DNA of 43,130 nucleotides from IMG/VR virus record IMGVR_UViG_3300045988_040655, positions 1 through 43,130 of that record, one strand, 5' to 3'. How positions within the stretch are numbered: position 1 is the first letter of the stretch; each line of letters starts with the position of its first letter. The notes under the pieces were generated by a model. That model was given only the letters and a program-made list of their open reading frames with translations, ran no database searches and was not told the DNA's origin. The stretch is from a virus. The translations under genes were made by a program, and so were the position numbers. This document shows positions 31,570 to 40,676 of this stretch, piece after piece.

Positions 31570-32071
31570 CTCCGTGAGCGATACTGCGTCGCGCCGTTTT
31601 CTTCCATTCCTCCTGATTCATTGCCTTGCTGGCCCTGAACCAGAATGCCTGCGCGTCTCCGTGAACTGCCGTCTTAAAAACAAGGTCTTTATCCGTCACA
31701 ACTTTCGTTGAGCCTGCCGGTGCAAACGGGCTTTCGGTTTCAGGATCTACCATGACCTTTCCGTAATACAGAAATCTCGCATATGGGCCGGGGTAGATGA
31801 CCTTACTGCCGGAAACCATCGTTTGGCTATCAAAAGCCCCTGTGTCCGCTGGTACAAACGGCCTTGTGTCCTCGCAAATTTTCTTTGCAACGGTGTTTTC
31901 TGCCTTGATGCAGCTTTGCTTGAAAATAGACTTCTGCACTGCGAGATCAGCATGATGTTCCGTCACGTTGAAAATTCTCTGCGCCGTCGCACTCAGCCTG
32001 TCCAGCGAACTCAGACCCTTGTCTGGCCTCAAGTTGACCTCAATAACGATCGACCCGCCAATTTCGCCCAT
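31550..32071 (-). CDS. Head-tail joining protein (HK97 gp10-like / 'minor capsid' family)
   Basis: 173 aa. GPYARFLYYGK motif; position in the connector block. Confidence 0.5.
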   Translation of the reverse strand: MGEIGGSIVIEVNLRPDKGLSSLDRLSATAQRIFNVTEHHADLAVQKSIFKQSCIKAENTVAKKICEDTRPFVPADTGAFDSQTMVSGSKVIYPGPYARFLYYGKVMVDPETESPFAPAGSTKVVTDKDLVFKTAVHGDAQAFWFRASKAMNQEEWKKTARRSIAHGGGRKLD

Positions 32072-32523
32072 TACGCGCCACCTACTTCCAGATGCGCCAT
32101 AGCGTCGCCGAAATCCAGCAGGTCTATTTTTGTCACGTTATACACGTCGTCATACATCGCCTTGATAGTCTGCACAGACAGGTCATAATGGACGTGTTCA
32201 CCCTTCACAAAGAAACAGTTCCCGGTATTGGAAAGCGTCCACAGGGCGCTCTTATCGGCTGTACGCCACCACTCCACGGAGCCGGTATACTTTTGCGCAA
32301 TTCCCGTTTTGCCGTCTCTCGCGTCAACTGAGAGCGGAATATAGAGGTTTACGGCATCCGCTCCCTCCAATCCGCTCTCGTTGACGTTTTTTGCCTTGCT
32401 GGCAACCAGAAGAACACCTTTGAGCACCGTGATATAGTGCCTTTCCACATCCTTCATGGTAGTCAAGTCGGTTTCATGGAGCGTGACGTAAACAGTCACA
32501 ATGTGGGGGAACAATGACCACAC
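32071..32523 (-). CDS. Head closure / head-tail adaptor-type protein
   Basis: 150 aa. Assigned by position in the connector block. Confidence 0.5.
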   Translation of the reverse strand: MWSLFPHIVTVYVTLHETDLTTMKDVERHYITVLKGVLLVASKAKNVNESGLEGADAVNLYIPLSVDARDGKTGIAQKYTGSVEWWRTADKSALWTLSNTGNCFFVKGEHVHYDLSVQTIKAMYDDVYNVTKIDLLDFGDAMAHLEVGGA

Positions 32524-32927
32524 CTCCTGCCGCGGCAGAGAAGCCCAGTCGGCGCAAGATACTGATATGCTGTGTCAGCTAATGCAGACATAGCCGCAGT
32601 TCTCGCATTCCCGGCCCCGACTGCGCTCTCCCCACCACTCCGATAGGATTTTGTCCATGACCCGACGGTCTGACTCTGAACCTCGCTTCCATCGCTGGAA
32701 GTAAGCGTTTTGAGGGCGAGGCGTTCAGCTGCTTCCACCGCCATATACTGCTCCGCAATGGCGCAGCACGCTTTTCCAATTCGCTCGTCATCGGTTCCCT
32801 GCGCTCGACCGAAGGTAAGATAGTCGATATAATCGCTTGCCCTCGTGGCTAATCTGGTGAAATCTTCTGCTTCGATCACACTGCCGTCATATTCCGTCAG
32901 GTAAAAGTCGTAGTCTGCATAAATCAT
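32496..32927 (-). CDS. Head-tail connector (gp6/gp15-like DNA-packaging adaptor)
   Basis: 143 aa from ATG 32927. IYADYDFYLTEYDGSVIEAEDFTRLATRASDYIDYLT resembles the Phage_connect_1 family. Confidence 0.6.
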   Translation of the reverse strand: MIYADYDFYLTEYDGSVIEAEDFTRLATRASDYIDYLTFGRAQGTDDERIGKACCAIAEQYMAVEAAERLALKTLTSSDGSEVQSQTVGSWTKSYRSGGESAVGAGNARTAAMSALADTAYQYLAPTGLLCRGRRCGHCSPTL

Positions 32928-33034
32928 CAAACCGCCCCTTTGACCGCCGACAAAATGTCAGCCTTCTTCATAGAACCGCTGACCCCGGAAACTCCGGCGG
33001 ATTCCGCATAATCCAGAAGCTGCGCTTTTGTCAT
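32927..33034 (-). CDS. Small HeH/Rho-N-like domain protein (35 aa)
   Basis: Hand-translated MTKAQLLDYAESAGVSGVSGSMKKADILSAVKGAV. TGATG coupling to the next gene. Weak SD. Confidence 0.45.
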   Translation of the reverse strand: MTKAQLLDYAESAGVSGVSGSMKKADILSAVKGAV

Positions 33035-33075
33035 GCGATCCAAAGAGTCCGGGGCGGCTGCATTCAGCGGTTCAG

Positions 33076-34017
33076 TTAACCCCCCGCAGGCTGATAGACG
33101 GCAAACGGGAAGCGCTTGGTGCCGTCAGGATTGACCGCATTGACGGGGTTCAGAATGTTCCAACCAAGCCGAATGACCATACGGATTGCCTTCATGTCGT
33201 TCTGCATCAGGTTATAAATGACCTTGCCGTCTGCGTCAGACACTACGCCGGAGGTAAACACGTCAAAGGTCACGTCCTGCCGAATGGCATAGACTGCCTG
33301 AGACCAGTCACCAGTGACCATCAGCGCCTGAGTGGCGTCAAATGCACCGTTGCGGGGGAACTCCATGCCCATACCGGCCAGCGTGTACTGCGCGCCCTGA
33401 TGCAGGTTCTCCATGAACAGGGGACGGTCGTTCTTATCCTTCAGTCCGCGCAGCTTTGCCCGCATGGAGATAGCGGAGACAATGCTTTCGGGGAAGTAGC
33501 CGTCCTCCTCAACCTTTGCGATCAGGCCGTCTACACCGAACACGTCAGTCACAATGTCGGTAGTCGCCGCAACGTTGTTTTGTGCAGTCACAGCGGCAGG
33601 AACAATGCCCGCTCTCCACGCGGTCGGCTTGTTCGTGCCAAAGAAAATGGCTGCGTCAATGACCTTGCCAGCAGCCTCGACCAGACGAGGCTTCATCTGC
33701 GCGAAAATGTCATAGTCAGCGTCAGCGGCCACGTTATCGGGCACCGCCACGATAGCGGCGATTTCCTCAGCCACGATCTTATCCTTAGACCACTTCATGT
33801 TGGTGGTCATTTTCAGACCGGCATCGCCATCAACGAAGCCAGCCATAGGGTAGCTGTCCATGATGGGGTATTCGCGGACGTTCGTGCCCATATTGGGCAG
33901 GCGATTCATCAGTTTCAGAGCGGTGGAGGATTCCACAACCGCCTGAATGATCTCGTTGCTCTCCTCCGGCTTAATGAGAGGGGATGCGTTTTCTCTGGTA
34001 ACGGAAACAGTAGCCAT
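33076..34017 (-). CDS. Major capsid protein (HK97 fold)
   Basis: 313 aa. Typical HK97-type pattern and position after the scaffold gene. Confidence 0.9.
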   Translation of the reverse strand: MATVSVTRENASPLIKPEESNEIIQAVVESSTALKLMNRLPNMGTNVREYPIMDSYPMAGFVDGDAGLKMTTNMKWSKDKIVAEEIAAIVAVPDNVAADADYDIFAQMKPRLVEAAGKVIDAAIFFGTNKPTAWRAGIVPAAVTAQNNVAATTDIVTDVFGVDGLIAKVEEDGYFPESIVSAISMRAKLRGLKDKNDRPLFMENLHQGAQYTLAGMGMEFPRNGAFDATQALMVTGDWSQAVYAIRQDVTFDVFTSGVVSDADGKVIYNLMQNDMKAIRMVIRLGWNILNPVNAVNPDGTKRFPFAVYQPAGG

Positions 34018-34038
34018 ATAACTCTCCTTTTCTGCGGC

Positions 34039-34551
34039 TTATCTGCCGCGCAGTTCTCGGTTGATACGCTCGCTGAGCGTCATGGTCGCCGGGTTTCCGC
34101 CGATGGGGGCGGTAAAACTTACGTTCGGCTTTCCCTGGTGGCTAGACAGGATGGTATCGACGGCCTGCTCGAAGGTGGTATTGTCATTCACCATCTTCGC
34201 TGCCTTGAACACCACAAACTCCGCCTCCTCACCGGAAATGCCTTTCTTCATGACGTACATCTCGCGCTTCAGTTGGTCTCGTTCGCCCTCTGCGGCACTC
34301 AGCTGTCCGGAAAGCGTGTCTCGCTCTCCTTTCAGCGTGTCGTATCGCTCCTGCTCGGACTGCTGGCTGTCTTTCCATGCGTGGTACGCCGCCAGCTCCT
34401 CTGCACTGGGCATTCCCTTCGTCGCTTTAGCTGTCGCTTTTGCCTTTTCTCTGGCAACCAGTGCGTCAACCTCAGCCTGAGTGAAGGTCACCTCACCGCC
34501 TGCTCCCGGCGTGGGTTCCTGAGTTTCAGGATTCGTGATAGGTTCTGCCAT
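34039..34551 (-). CDS. Capsid scaffolding protein
   Basis: 170 aa from ATG 34551 (GGAGG SD 10 nt upstream). Helical, charged, coiled-coil sequence immediately upstream of the capsid gene. Confidence 0.7.
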   Translation of the reverse strand: MAEPITNPETQEPTPGAGGEVTFTQAEVDALVAREKAKATAKATKGMPSAEELAAYHAWKDSQQSEQERYDTLKGERDTLSGQLSAAEGERDQLKREMYVMKKGISGEEAEFVVFKAAKMVNDNTTFEQAVDTILSSHQGKPNVSFTAPIGGNPATMTLSERINRELRGR

Positions 34552-34615
34552 AATTTTCAAACCTCCGTTTATTCATCACTCCGTCGAGTGCCGTTTAACG
34601 CCCGTCGGCATATAC

Positions 34616-34644
34616 AAAAAGAGCTAGTCCGGATGGACTAACTC
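34616..34644 (-). terminator. Intrinsic terminator-like hairpin within the late operon
   Basis: Stem GAGCTAGTCC/GGACTAACTC (one mismatch; 34621-34644). On the minus strand TTTTTGT follows. Confidence 0.6.
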
Positions 34645-34672
34645 TTGATGCTTAGGTGTTAGATTTGGGCAT

Positions 34673-34706
34673 AAAAAAACCACGGTGTATCAAACATCGT
34701 GGTTTT
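34673..34706. terminator. Intrinsic terminator-like hairpin within the late operon (bidirectional shape)
   Basis: Stem CCACGGTG/CATCGTGG (34680-34702), flanked by A7 (34673-34679) and T4 (34703-34706). On the minus strand T7 follows the stem. Confidence 0.65.
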
Positions 34707-34733
34707 CGTTTATTTTATATGTAGCTGTTATTT

Positions 34734-35915
34734 TTAGCCGTTTTGCACCCGTGTGCGCTCGTTCTGTTCAGGCAGCCCGGCAACTCTGGAAAATTTCTTG
34801 TATTTCCGGGTCAGCCGCCGAATACGAATATTAGCTGCATCGGCATCCTCTTTCAGACCGGCTGATTTATATGCTGACCGCTCCCGCTTCATTCTGCGAA
34901 GCGTTCTTTCTATCTGCCGCTGCTTCTGGGTGGCTTCATAGCCGTCATATTCCCGGCCTTCAAACGTAATTTTCCGATTTTCGCCCTTCATCGCGGCCAA
35001 CTCATCCTGCGTATATGTCGGTTCAGACACGCCCTCAACATAAGCATGGAAGGAATGGCGGCAATTCCAGCCACCCAAGCCTTCACCAGACCCATATCCG
35101 GTATGTCGGATGAAGTCCGGGTAGTCGCCGGTCGAATATCTGGGCTTCTGAACCCACCGATAGACCTTGCCCTGCCACATTTCGTGGTTTTCCGGCTCAA
35201 AGCCTTTGTTTCGCGCCCCGATATGGGCGGAAACTTCCACAAGGTCTGTGTAAAGACTGTCCATTGCGGATTCTGCGAATTTCAAGCACAGCTGATTTAC
35301 CCCAGTCAAAACAGCGCGTCTCACTGCCACATCGACCTGTTCCACCTTGCCGCTTTCATAGCTGACAGTCTTAATGCCGCTTTTTGCAAGGCTCCTGACT
35401 GCCGCTTTCACGGCCTGTTCATAGCTCACCGTGCCGGACTGCACTTGAATGACCGCGTTATCCAGCGCCCACTGGTACGCTTTTGCCGGTTTCAGCATAG
35501 TGCGTCCAGAATCAACCAGAAAGCCCATAGAGCCGGTAATGTTGCGGTATTCGCCCAATGTCTGCTCCCGGATTGCACGGGTCACAGAACCCTCCAGAAT
35601 CGGTCTGATTTGTTTTGAGATGGTTTTAGAACCCAACTCCGCGTAAAATCGTGTATTTTCTGTCTCTACACTGTCCATTATGGCGGATATTTTAGCCTCT
35701 CCGGCTTTCGTGGTCTTTCGGATAGCGGCCTGAATATCTTTCATGCTGACATTGCGCATCTTATTCAAGTCCTGCACGGTTATTGCGGAAAGATACTTGG
35801 CCGCTTCCAGGTTGGAACACACACCGTCAAGGACTAAATCCTCGACCTGTCGGAACAGTTCAGCGACTTCTTCCGGTAGTACGTCGAGGACTTCCGGCGT
35901 GAATGGGTACTTCAT
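34734..35915 (-). CDS. Head morphogenesis / minor capsid protein (SPP1 gp7-like)
   Basis: 393 aa. GGWNCRHSFHAYVEG motif and position after the portal gene. Confidence 0.8.
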   Translation of the reverse strand: MKYPFTPEVLDVLPEEVAELFRQVEDLVLDGVCSNLEAAKYLSAITVQDLNKMRNVSMKDIQAAIRKTTKAGEAKISAIMDSVETENTRFYAELGSKTISKQIRPILEGSVTRAIREQTLGEYRNITGSMGFLVDSGRTMLKPAKAYQWALDNAVIQVQSGTVSYEQAVKAAVRSLAKSGIKTVSYESGKVEQVDVAVRRAVLTGVNQLCLKFAESAMDSLYTDLVEVSAHIGARNKGFEPENHEMWQGKVYRWVQKPRYSTGDYPDFIRHTGYGSGEGLGGWNCRHSFHAYVEGVSEPTYTQDELAAMKGENRKITFEGREYDGYEATQKQRQIERTLRRMKRERSAYKSAGLKEDADAANIRIRRLTRKYKKFSRVAGLPEQNERTRVQNG

Positions 35916-37336
35916 TCAATTTCCGTCTCCTCCTCGTCGGTCATATCTTCCATCTTGGGAAGATTTTTCTTGGCTTCCTCGTCGGATTCGCTCATCCACT
36001 TCGCTCGGAATTCCCAGTCATTCATGATGTCAGAGGTCAGCAGCTGAACATCGCGGGTAAATTCGGCATTTTTATCCTCAATGATGGAATCATCGAAGTC
36101 AATTTTGATTTTTACCTCTGGATTCAGGCTCTGCCCCATGCCGATATTGCCCATTCTGAGGATGATGCGGCACAGTTCGGTTAAAACCTGATCCAAAATG
36201 ATCTCATGCTTCTTGATCGACCGAAACAACGTAGAGTTCTCCGAAATGACCTGCGTCGCAGTGGTCATGTCCGGCGCGTCGAACTTGTAATATGCCTCGC
36301 CAAACCCGCATTTGCTGGCCAAAATGTTCAACTGGTCTTGCAAGCCGACATTCAGCTGCTCACTTCTCAGCTCCGGTGCAACGGCCTGCACCGGCTGTCC
36401 CTGCTGCGTATCCTCCGGCAGCAGATAGAACCGTCTGTCATCGTCCGCAACCGTAGGAGTTCCATTTTCCCAATCTGTGGCCGACATTTTTACCAGAAGG
36501 TACATGGGGCCATTCTCGAACTCGTTTACATAGCAGTCGTAAGCGCAGTCAACGCCCCTCAGAACGTCAATGGCGTTCGCAAAAACCGAAACGCCCACCG
36601 GCAGCGTATAATCCACGTTATTCGCAATATTTGGCCGGTCGATGACGAACTGCCGCTTGTCACTGCCCGTGTTAACAACTGACGGGATGTTTTCAAAGCC
36701 CCTGACGGCTCCCATATCGACGTCAGACAGGATTTCATTGTCATAGCGATAAAGTCTATTCTCGATAACGTAAAGCCCGTCCTGCCCCTTGTGATGGATT
36801 TGGAGGTACAGATATTTGCTGCCGTCCACAAAGAATTCACTGGCAAAGGCGCATTCGGAGATATACCCGTTCTGCCAAGTCAGCGGGAAGATATTTTCGA
36901 TGGTCACATAGTCGATTGCGATACCAGCTGCCGCGCCCGGAGAAATGTTGCCCAGACTATCTACCACCTGACCGGTCACACGCGGGACGTATGCAGTCGT
37001 TCCAAATGCACATTTCAGCTCCTGCATTTCCGACATCTTTACCAGAAAGTTATTCTCGGCAAGGATTTTGTCAATGAACATCTGCTCTGCCGCGCCGTCG
37101 GCCACAATCTTGACTTTTTCGTTCATCAGGAGGTTTGCCCAGTCCTCGCAGACCTTCTTCCCCATGCCCATACTGGCCCGTTCGCAGTTCACGAATTTCT
37201 TCCCGTTGTACCGCTTGTATGTGTGGAAGTTTTTTACTTTGCCGACGTACCAGGCTTTCCAGTCTGCTACTTTGTCGTAAAATTCCTCCGGAATTGTTTC
37301 GTAGCCAAGTTCCCGGAGCTTTGCAACAACGGTCAT
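35912..37336 (-). CDS. Portal protein (SPP1 gp6-like)
   Basis: 474 aa. ATGA overlaps on both sides. Acidic C-terminus; position after terL. Confidence 0.9.
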   Translation of the reverse strand: MTVVAKLRELGYETIPEEFYDKVADWKAWYVGKVKNFHTYKRYNGKKFVNCERASMGMGKKVCEDWANLLMNEKVKIVADGAAEQMFIDKILAENNFLVKMSEMQELKCAFGTTAYVPRVTGQVVDSLGNISPGAAAGIAIDYVTIENIFPLTWQNGYISECAFASEFFVDGSKYLYLQIHHKGQDGLYVIENRLYRYDNEILSDVDMGAVRGFENIPSVVNTGSDKRQFVIDRPNIANNVDYTLPVGVSVFANAIDVLRGVDCAYDCYVNEFENGPMYLLVKMSATDWENGTPTVADDDRRFYLLPEDTQQGQPVQAVAPELRSEQLNVGLQDQLNILASKCGFGEAYYKFDAPDMTTATQVISENSTLFRSIKKHEIILDQVLTELCRIILRMGNIGMGQSLNPEVKIKIDFDDSIIEDKNAEFTRDVQLLTSDIMNDWEFRAKWMSESDEEAKKNLPKMEDMTDEEETEIE

Positions 37337-38571
37337 GCGGTCACTCCCATTCTGCGGAACACGCGCTCCAAAGCGTATCTGGTTGCGTCGATCAGATGGT
37401 TGTTCGCGTCAGGATAGCCGCTGACGATCTCATCATCTTTATTCCGCTCGTACTCGTAATTTACAAACTCGTTCATGGCGTTCGGCGTTCTGCGCTGGTC
37501 GATGACGATCTTCCGCTTTTGCAGCCACTTCATGCCGTAGTCGATACTGCCGGGGCCTTTTATTGCAGCCTGCGCGGGAAGGCCGCAGGCGCGGAAGTCC
37601 GCGACGCTCTTAGGCTCTGCACTGTCGCAGGTGATATAGGCGTCCTTATATCCCCTGTCCAAAATCATCTTCGCGCTGTCCTCGTTGGGAAGCTTATTCT
37701 GGTAGATTTCATCGATCAGGTAGATAGTCTCTCGCGCCCGATCATAATGAAGGCGGATAAAAGCAAACGGATCAGGAAACCATCCCCAGTCGCAACCCAT
37801 GTAAATTCGGTCGAACTGGCTGACTTCCTCATCCGTGATTTCTCTGAGTTCCAGATTTTCAAAGACGTTACTGCCGCAGCCGACGGGAACTCCCAGATAT
37901 TCATGCTCATACGCTTTTTCATCCGTGTCCTTCAAGTGGTCGGCCTCTGCCAAAAACTGCTCACCAAGCCACTCAGGCGGCGCTTCCAGGTATGTACTCT
38001 TATGGCACAGTCTTTCAGGCCGCTCCTCCAAACTATCCCGATTCGCCCAGTTGTCCCGGCTCAGGGGTGGGTTATAGGATTCAAAATTCCAGAACTTCTG
38101 ACCGCCACGCATTGTGGACTGCAAGATGTTACGAATCTCACTCCTGCCGCTGAACTGGTCTTTCTCCTCGAAGTGCGTCACGGCGATATAGCCGAACGGC
38201 ACTTTGATGGACTTAATTTTCATAGGGTCGTCCGCGCCACGGAACATGATCTTCTGCCCTGTCGGTTTGAACACCAGCTCCATAGGGTTGACCCTTGCTT
38301 TCCACAAATGCGCCATGCCCAGCTCGCCGATCGCCCACACATACTGCGCATATACGCTGTCTCTCAACGTATTTGCCACTTTTCGCATGACCAGCGCATG
38401 CGTATTCGGATTCTGCATCAGAATGATGGGGACGATAATGGACACAAACGAGGATTTCAACGAGCCACGCCCGCCGCTGAAATCGTAGTGGGTGTGTTCA
38501 TGACGCAGAATGTCGCCGACTACCCCGTAAAAGGCAGGCCCGACCTTCTCAGAAATTTTAATTTCAGACAT
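37333..38571 (-). CDS. terL: Terminase large subunit (PBSX/XtmB-like)
   Basis: 412 aa. Walker A-like FSGGRGSLKS; nuclease part DWGWFPDPFAF...NHLIDATRYAL. Confidence 0.95.
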   Translation of the reverse strand: MSEIKISEKVGPAFYGVVGDILRHEHTHYDFSGGRGSLKSSFVSIIVPIILMQNPNTHALVMRKVANTLRDSVYAQYVWAIGELGMAHLWKARVNPMELVFKPTGQKIMFRGADDPMKIKSIKVPFGYIAVTHFEEKDQFSGRSEIRNILQSTMRGGQKFWNFESYNPPLSRDNWANRDSLEERPERLCHKSTYLEAPPEWLGEQFLAEADHLKDTDEKAYEHEYLGVPVGCGSNVFENLELREITDEEVSQFDRIYMGCDWGWFPDPFAFIRLHYDRARETIYLIDEIYQNKLPNEDSAKMILDRGYKDAYITCDSAEPKSVADFRACGLPAQAAIKGPGSIDYGMKWLQKRKIVIDQRRTPNAMNEFVNYEYERNKDDEIVSGYPDANNHLIDATRYALERVFRRMGVTA

Positions 38572-39007
38572 CGATCACAATCTCCACCTTGTCGTCTGCG
38601 TTACCTACGCTTTCCGTCGGATTGTCTCTCCAATGCTCAGGATCACGATTCTTCAGGATGAAGCACTGGGCACCAAGCAGCGGCGCAATGTACCGCTTAT
38701 GCCGCGTGGTATGCGTTCTTACCACAACGTCGTTGACCGCCCACTCTTCATGCGTCTCTTCTGTGACCCACTGCCCTTTTGCGTTCGTGAACAACGCATT
38801 CTCTACCTCGTTGATCGCAAGGTCGGGGTTCGTATGAAGAGCTTCGTCAAATTCAGGGAACTTCTTGCACCAGAACGCAAACCGGCTCACATCTACCTTT
38901 ATCGTCTCTGCAATGTCTCTCTGGCTCATGCCCTTCCGCCGCCAGCCCTTGATGAGGTTCAATCCCTCTTCGGTGATCCAGTAATCGTATTTGGAACCAT
39001 TCGGCAT
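38564..39007 (-). CDS. terS: Terminase small subunit
   Basis: 147 aa. N-terminal HTH (GMSQRDIAETIKVDVSRFAFWCKKFPEFDEAL); overlaps terL; SD AAAGGAG. Confidence 0.85.
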   Translation of the reverse strand: MPNGSKYDYWITEEGLNLIKGWRRKGMSQRDIAETIKVDVSRFAFWCKKFPEFDEALHTNPDLAINEVENALFTNAKGQWVTEETHEEWAVNDVVVRTHTTRHKRYIAPLLGAQCFILKNRDPEHWRDNPTESVGNADDKVEIVIDV

Positions 39008-39009
39008 TA

Positions 39010-39588
39010 GATCAACTCCTTTGCTGAAATTTTGAAAAAAAATATTTGGAGGTTACACGCCGCCGCCCTCGGGCCGCTCAGGGGGGTAGGGGGTGCGCTA
39101 TGCGCTGCGCGTGTGTGGCGCTGTTGCGTGGGCGCTGCCGTGTCCGTGCTGGTGCCCGCTGCGCCGGTCTGCCGGTGCGTGGTATCGGTTATTGCGAAAC
39201 CGCTGTCGGGTACCCACCCCCCTTTTTCCGGTGTTGTGTGTGGGAGCGGCGTATATTGTCAACTTGTGTTGTGGTTGTCCTGTTGTCGTGCTGTGTCCCT
39301 GTTGCCTGTGGTGCTGTGCACATATCGGTTGCGCTGGTATATCCATGCGGACGGGCGTTATATGCTGGGCGTGTCCTTTATGGCTATTGCGCTATGCTGT
39401 ATCCATTGGCCGGGGCTATGTGCCCCTTGTGCCCGTATATATACCACTGCGCCCATTTTGCCCGCTATGGCTATATTGTCCGCTATGCGCCGTATATCCC
39501 GCCTATATGCGTATACATAGCACAAGCGCCCGCGTTGGATCGTGTCCAGCGTAAGCGCCTGTGTTACGTTATGCGGTTGTTTGGCCGG
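39010..39588. other. Adenine-depleted (G+T-rich on + strand) non-coding region with CGCTATG-type motif repeats; candidate pac/late-promoter region
   Basis: My count is 53 A in 39061-39540 (11%) and no A at all in 39101-39183 (83 nt). GCTATG recurs at about 39097, 39391, 39415, 39464, 39483 and 39625. All three + frames are open, but the products are Cys/Arg-rich nonsense. Confidence 0.6.
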
Positions 39589-39807
39589 TCATGTGTCCGG
39601 CTGTGTGTCCTGCTGTGTGTCCGTGCTATGTGTGCGGATATACTCCCGCGCCGCTGCCAATAGTACCGCGTTGCGGGTTGTCCCGTTGGCTTTGGCTGCG
39701 TCCGTCAATTGCGCGGCTAAGTCCTTGCGCATCTTAACTCCCACGGTTGTCATGTGCTGCGCGTCCCATTTTGCATTAGCGCGCTTTTGTGCTTCCGTCC
39801 TTGCCAT
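39589..39807 (-). CDS. Ribbon-helix-helix (CopG/Arc-like) DNA-binding protein
   Basis: 72 aa from ATG 39807 (SD GGAGGTG 7 nt upstream). TTVGVKMRKDLAAQLTDAAKANGTTRNAVLLAAAREYI shows a beta-alpha-alpha pattern. Confidence 0.6.
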   Translation of the reverse strand: MARTEAQKRANAKWDAQHMTTVGVKMRKDLAAQLTDAAKANGTTRNAVLLAAAREYIRTHSTDTQQDTQPDT

Positions 39808-39825
39808 CCTATCACCTCCCACCAC

Positions 39826-39854
39826 AGTATAACATATGTATATGCGGTTGCCTA
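39826..39854 (-). promoter_or_regulatory. Possible promoter of the RHH gene
   Basis: On the minus strand: TAGGCA (39854-39849), 17 nt, TGtTATACT (extended -10; TATACT at 39831-39826). The spacer contains the 11-mer ATATGCGGTTG. Confidence 0.4.
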
Positions 39855-39918
39855 GTGTACGCCTTGCATAAATTTCACGGTGCAACATTGTACAGATTGG
39901 CAATTGCATATGCGGTTG
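39840..39918. repeat. 11-bp direct repeat ATATGCGGTTG (39840-39850 and 39908-39918); candidate RHH operator pair
   Basis: Identical 11-mers 68 bp apart, each overlapping one of the two divergent promoter cores. TTGCATA also occurs twice (at about 39863 and 39904). Confidence 0.5.
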
Positions 39919-39928
39919 AACCGTGTTA

Positions 39929-39937
39929 TGCTATAGT
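39929..39937 (+). promoter_or_regulatory. Extended -10 promoter element for the plus-strand operon
   Basis: TGcTATAGT (39929-39937). No good -35. Confidence 0.4.
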
Positions 39938-39986
39938 CACGCTAAGGGACAGGGCGACAGCCCCAGACACTGAAAGGATGGTAACA

Positions 39987-40157
39987 ATGACCTATTACGC
40001 AGTAATCGAGCATGACAACGGCATCCGCGAACAGCGCGGATTCTCCGACTGGACAGCGTCCAGCCGGGACGAAGCGGAACAGATCGCGGCCGCCGAAGTC
40101 ACCAGCATGCGGGCCGCCGGCATCGTCGTGTACTCCGTGCACGTCGGCGCGTATTAA
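39987..40157 (+). CDS. Hypothetical protein (56 aa)
   Basis: ATG 39987 with AAGGA SD 8 nt upstream. The longer track ORF has no RBS. Confidence 0.5.
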   Translation: MTYYAVIEHDNGIREQRGFSDWTASSRDEAEQIAAAEVTSMRAAGIVVYSVHVGAY

Positions 40158-40174
40158 TGGGAGGTGCGCGGCGT

Positions 40175-40582
40175 ATGGCTAACTACGATTATCACTACGA
40201 GATGCGGCAGGACGTGCGGAACGCCATCGATGAGGGCTATAGCCTGGACGAGTGGCGCGGCCGTCGGGACGAGCTGGAATCGCAGCTTAATGATGATCTT
40301 TGGATTGACGATAGTGTTACCGGCAACGCCTCCGGGTCTTACTACTGCAACAGGTACAAGGCAATGGAGGCCGTAACCGACAACATGGAGCTGCTGCAAG
40401 AGGCGGCGGACGAGTTCGGCGCGGACTATGACGACATTGGCTGTAAATTTCTTAATGGCGACTGGGAAGCGTTCGACGTCACAATTAGATGCTATCTGCT
40501 ATCCTCCATCATCTCCGAAGTTCTGGACGACATGGAAGCAGACGGAGAACTTGACGAGCTGGAGGACGAGGACGCCGTATAA
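40175..40582 (+). CDS. Strongly acidic protein (135 aa); candidate DNA mimic / anti-restriction-type factor
   Basis: ATG 40175 with GGGAGGTG SD. My count is 38 D/E versus 9 K/R. C-terminal run DDMEADGELDELEDEDAV. Confidence 0.6.
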   Translation: MANYDYHYEMRQDVRNAIDEGYSLDEWRGRRDELESQLNDDLWIDDSVTGNASGSYYCNRYKAMEAVTDNMELLQEAADEFGADYDDIGCKFLNGDWEAFDVTIRCYLLSSIISEVLDDMEADGELDELEDEDAV

Positions 40583-40676
40583 AACCCGCCGGACACTTTA
40601 GCAGGGCTGCACCGGTCAAAGCAACCCCGCCCCATGTAAGCATCAACCAAAAATTTTTTTGAGAAAGGGACTAATT

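Noticed and set aside
33028-34641. 537-aa plus-strand ORF, plus similar long antisense ORFs (37135-38661 +, 18325-19191 +, 28875-29597 +, 13094-13735 -, 40671-41309 -)
   Set aside because: They lie antisense to genes with clear identities (capsid/scaffold, terL, endolysin, TMP, integrase). They have no SD, and their composition is typical of shadow frames in GC-rich DNA.
39032-39663. Three overlapping plus-strand ORFs (162, 205 and 153 aa) and one minus-strand ORF in the region upstream of terS
   Set aside because: They are open only because adenine is nearly absent, so stop codons are rare. The products are Cys/Arg/Val-rich nonsense, and all three frames are open simultaneously.
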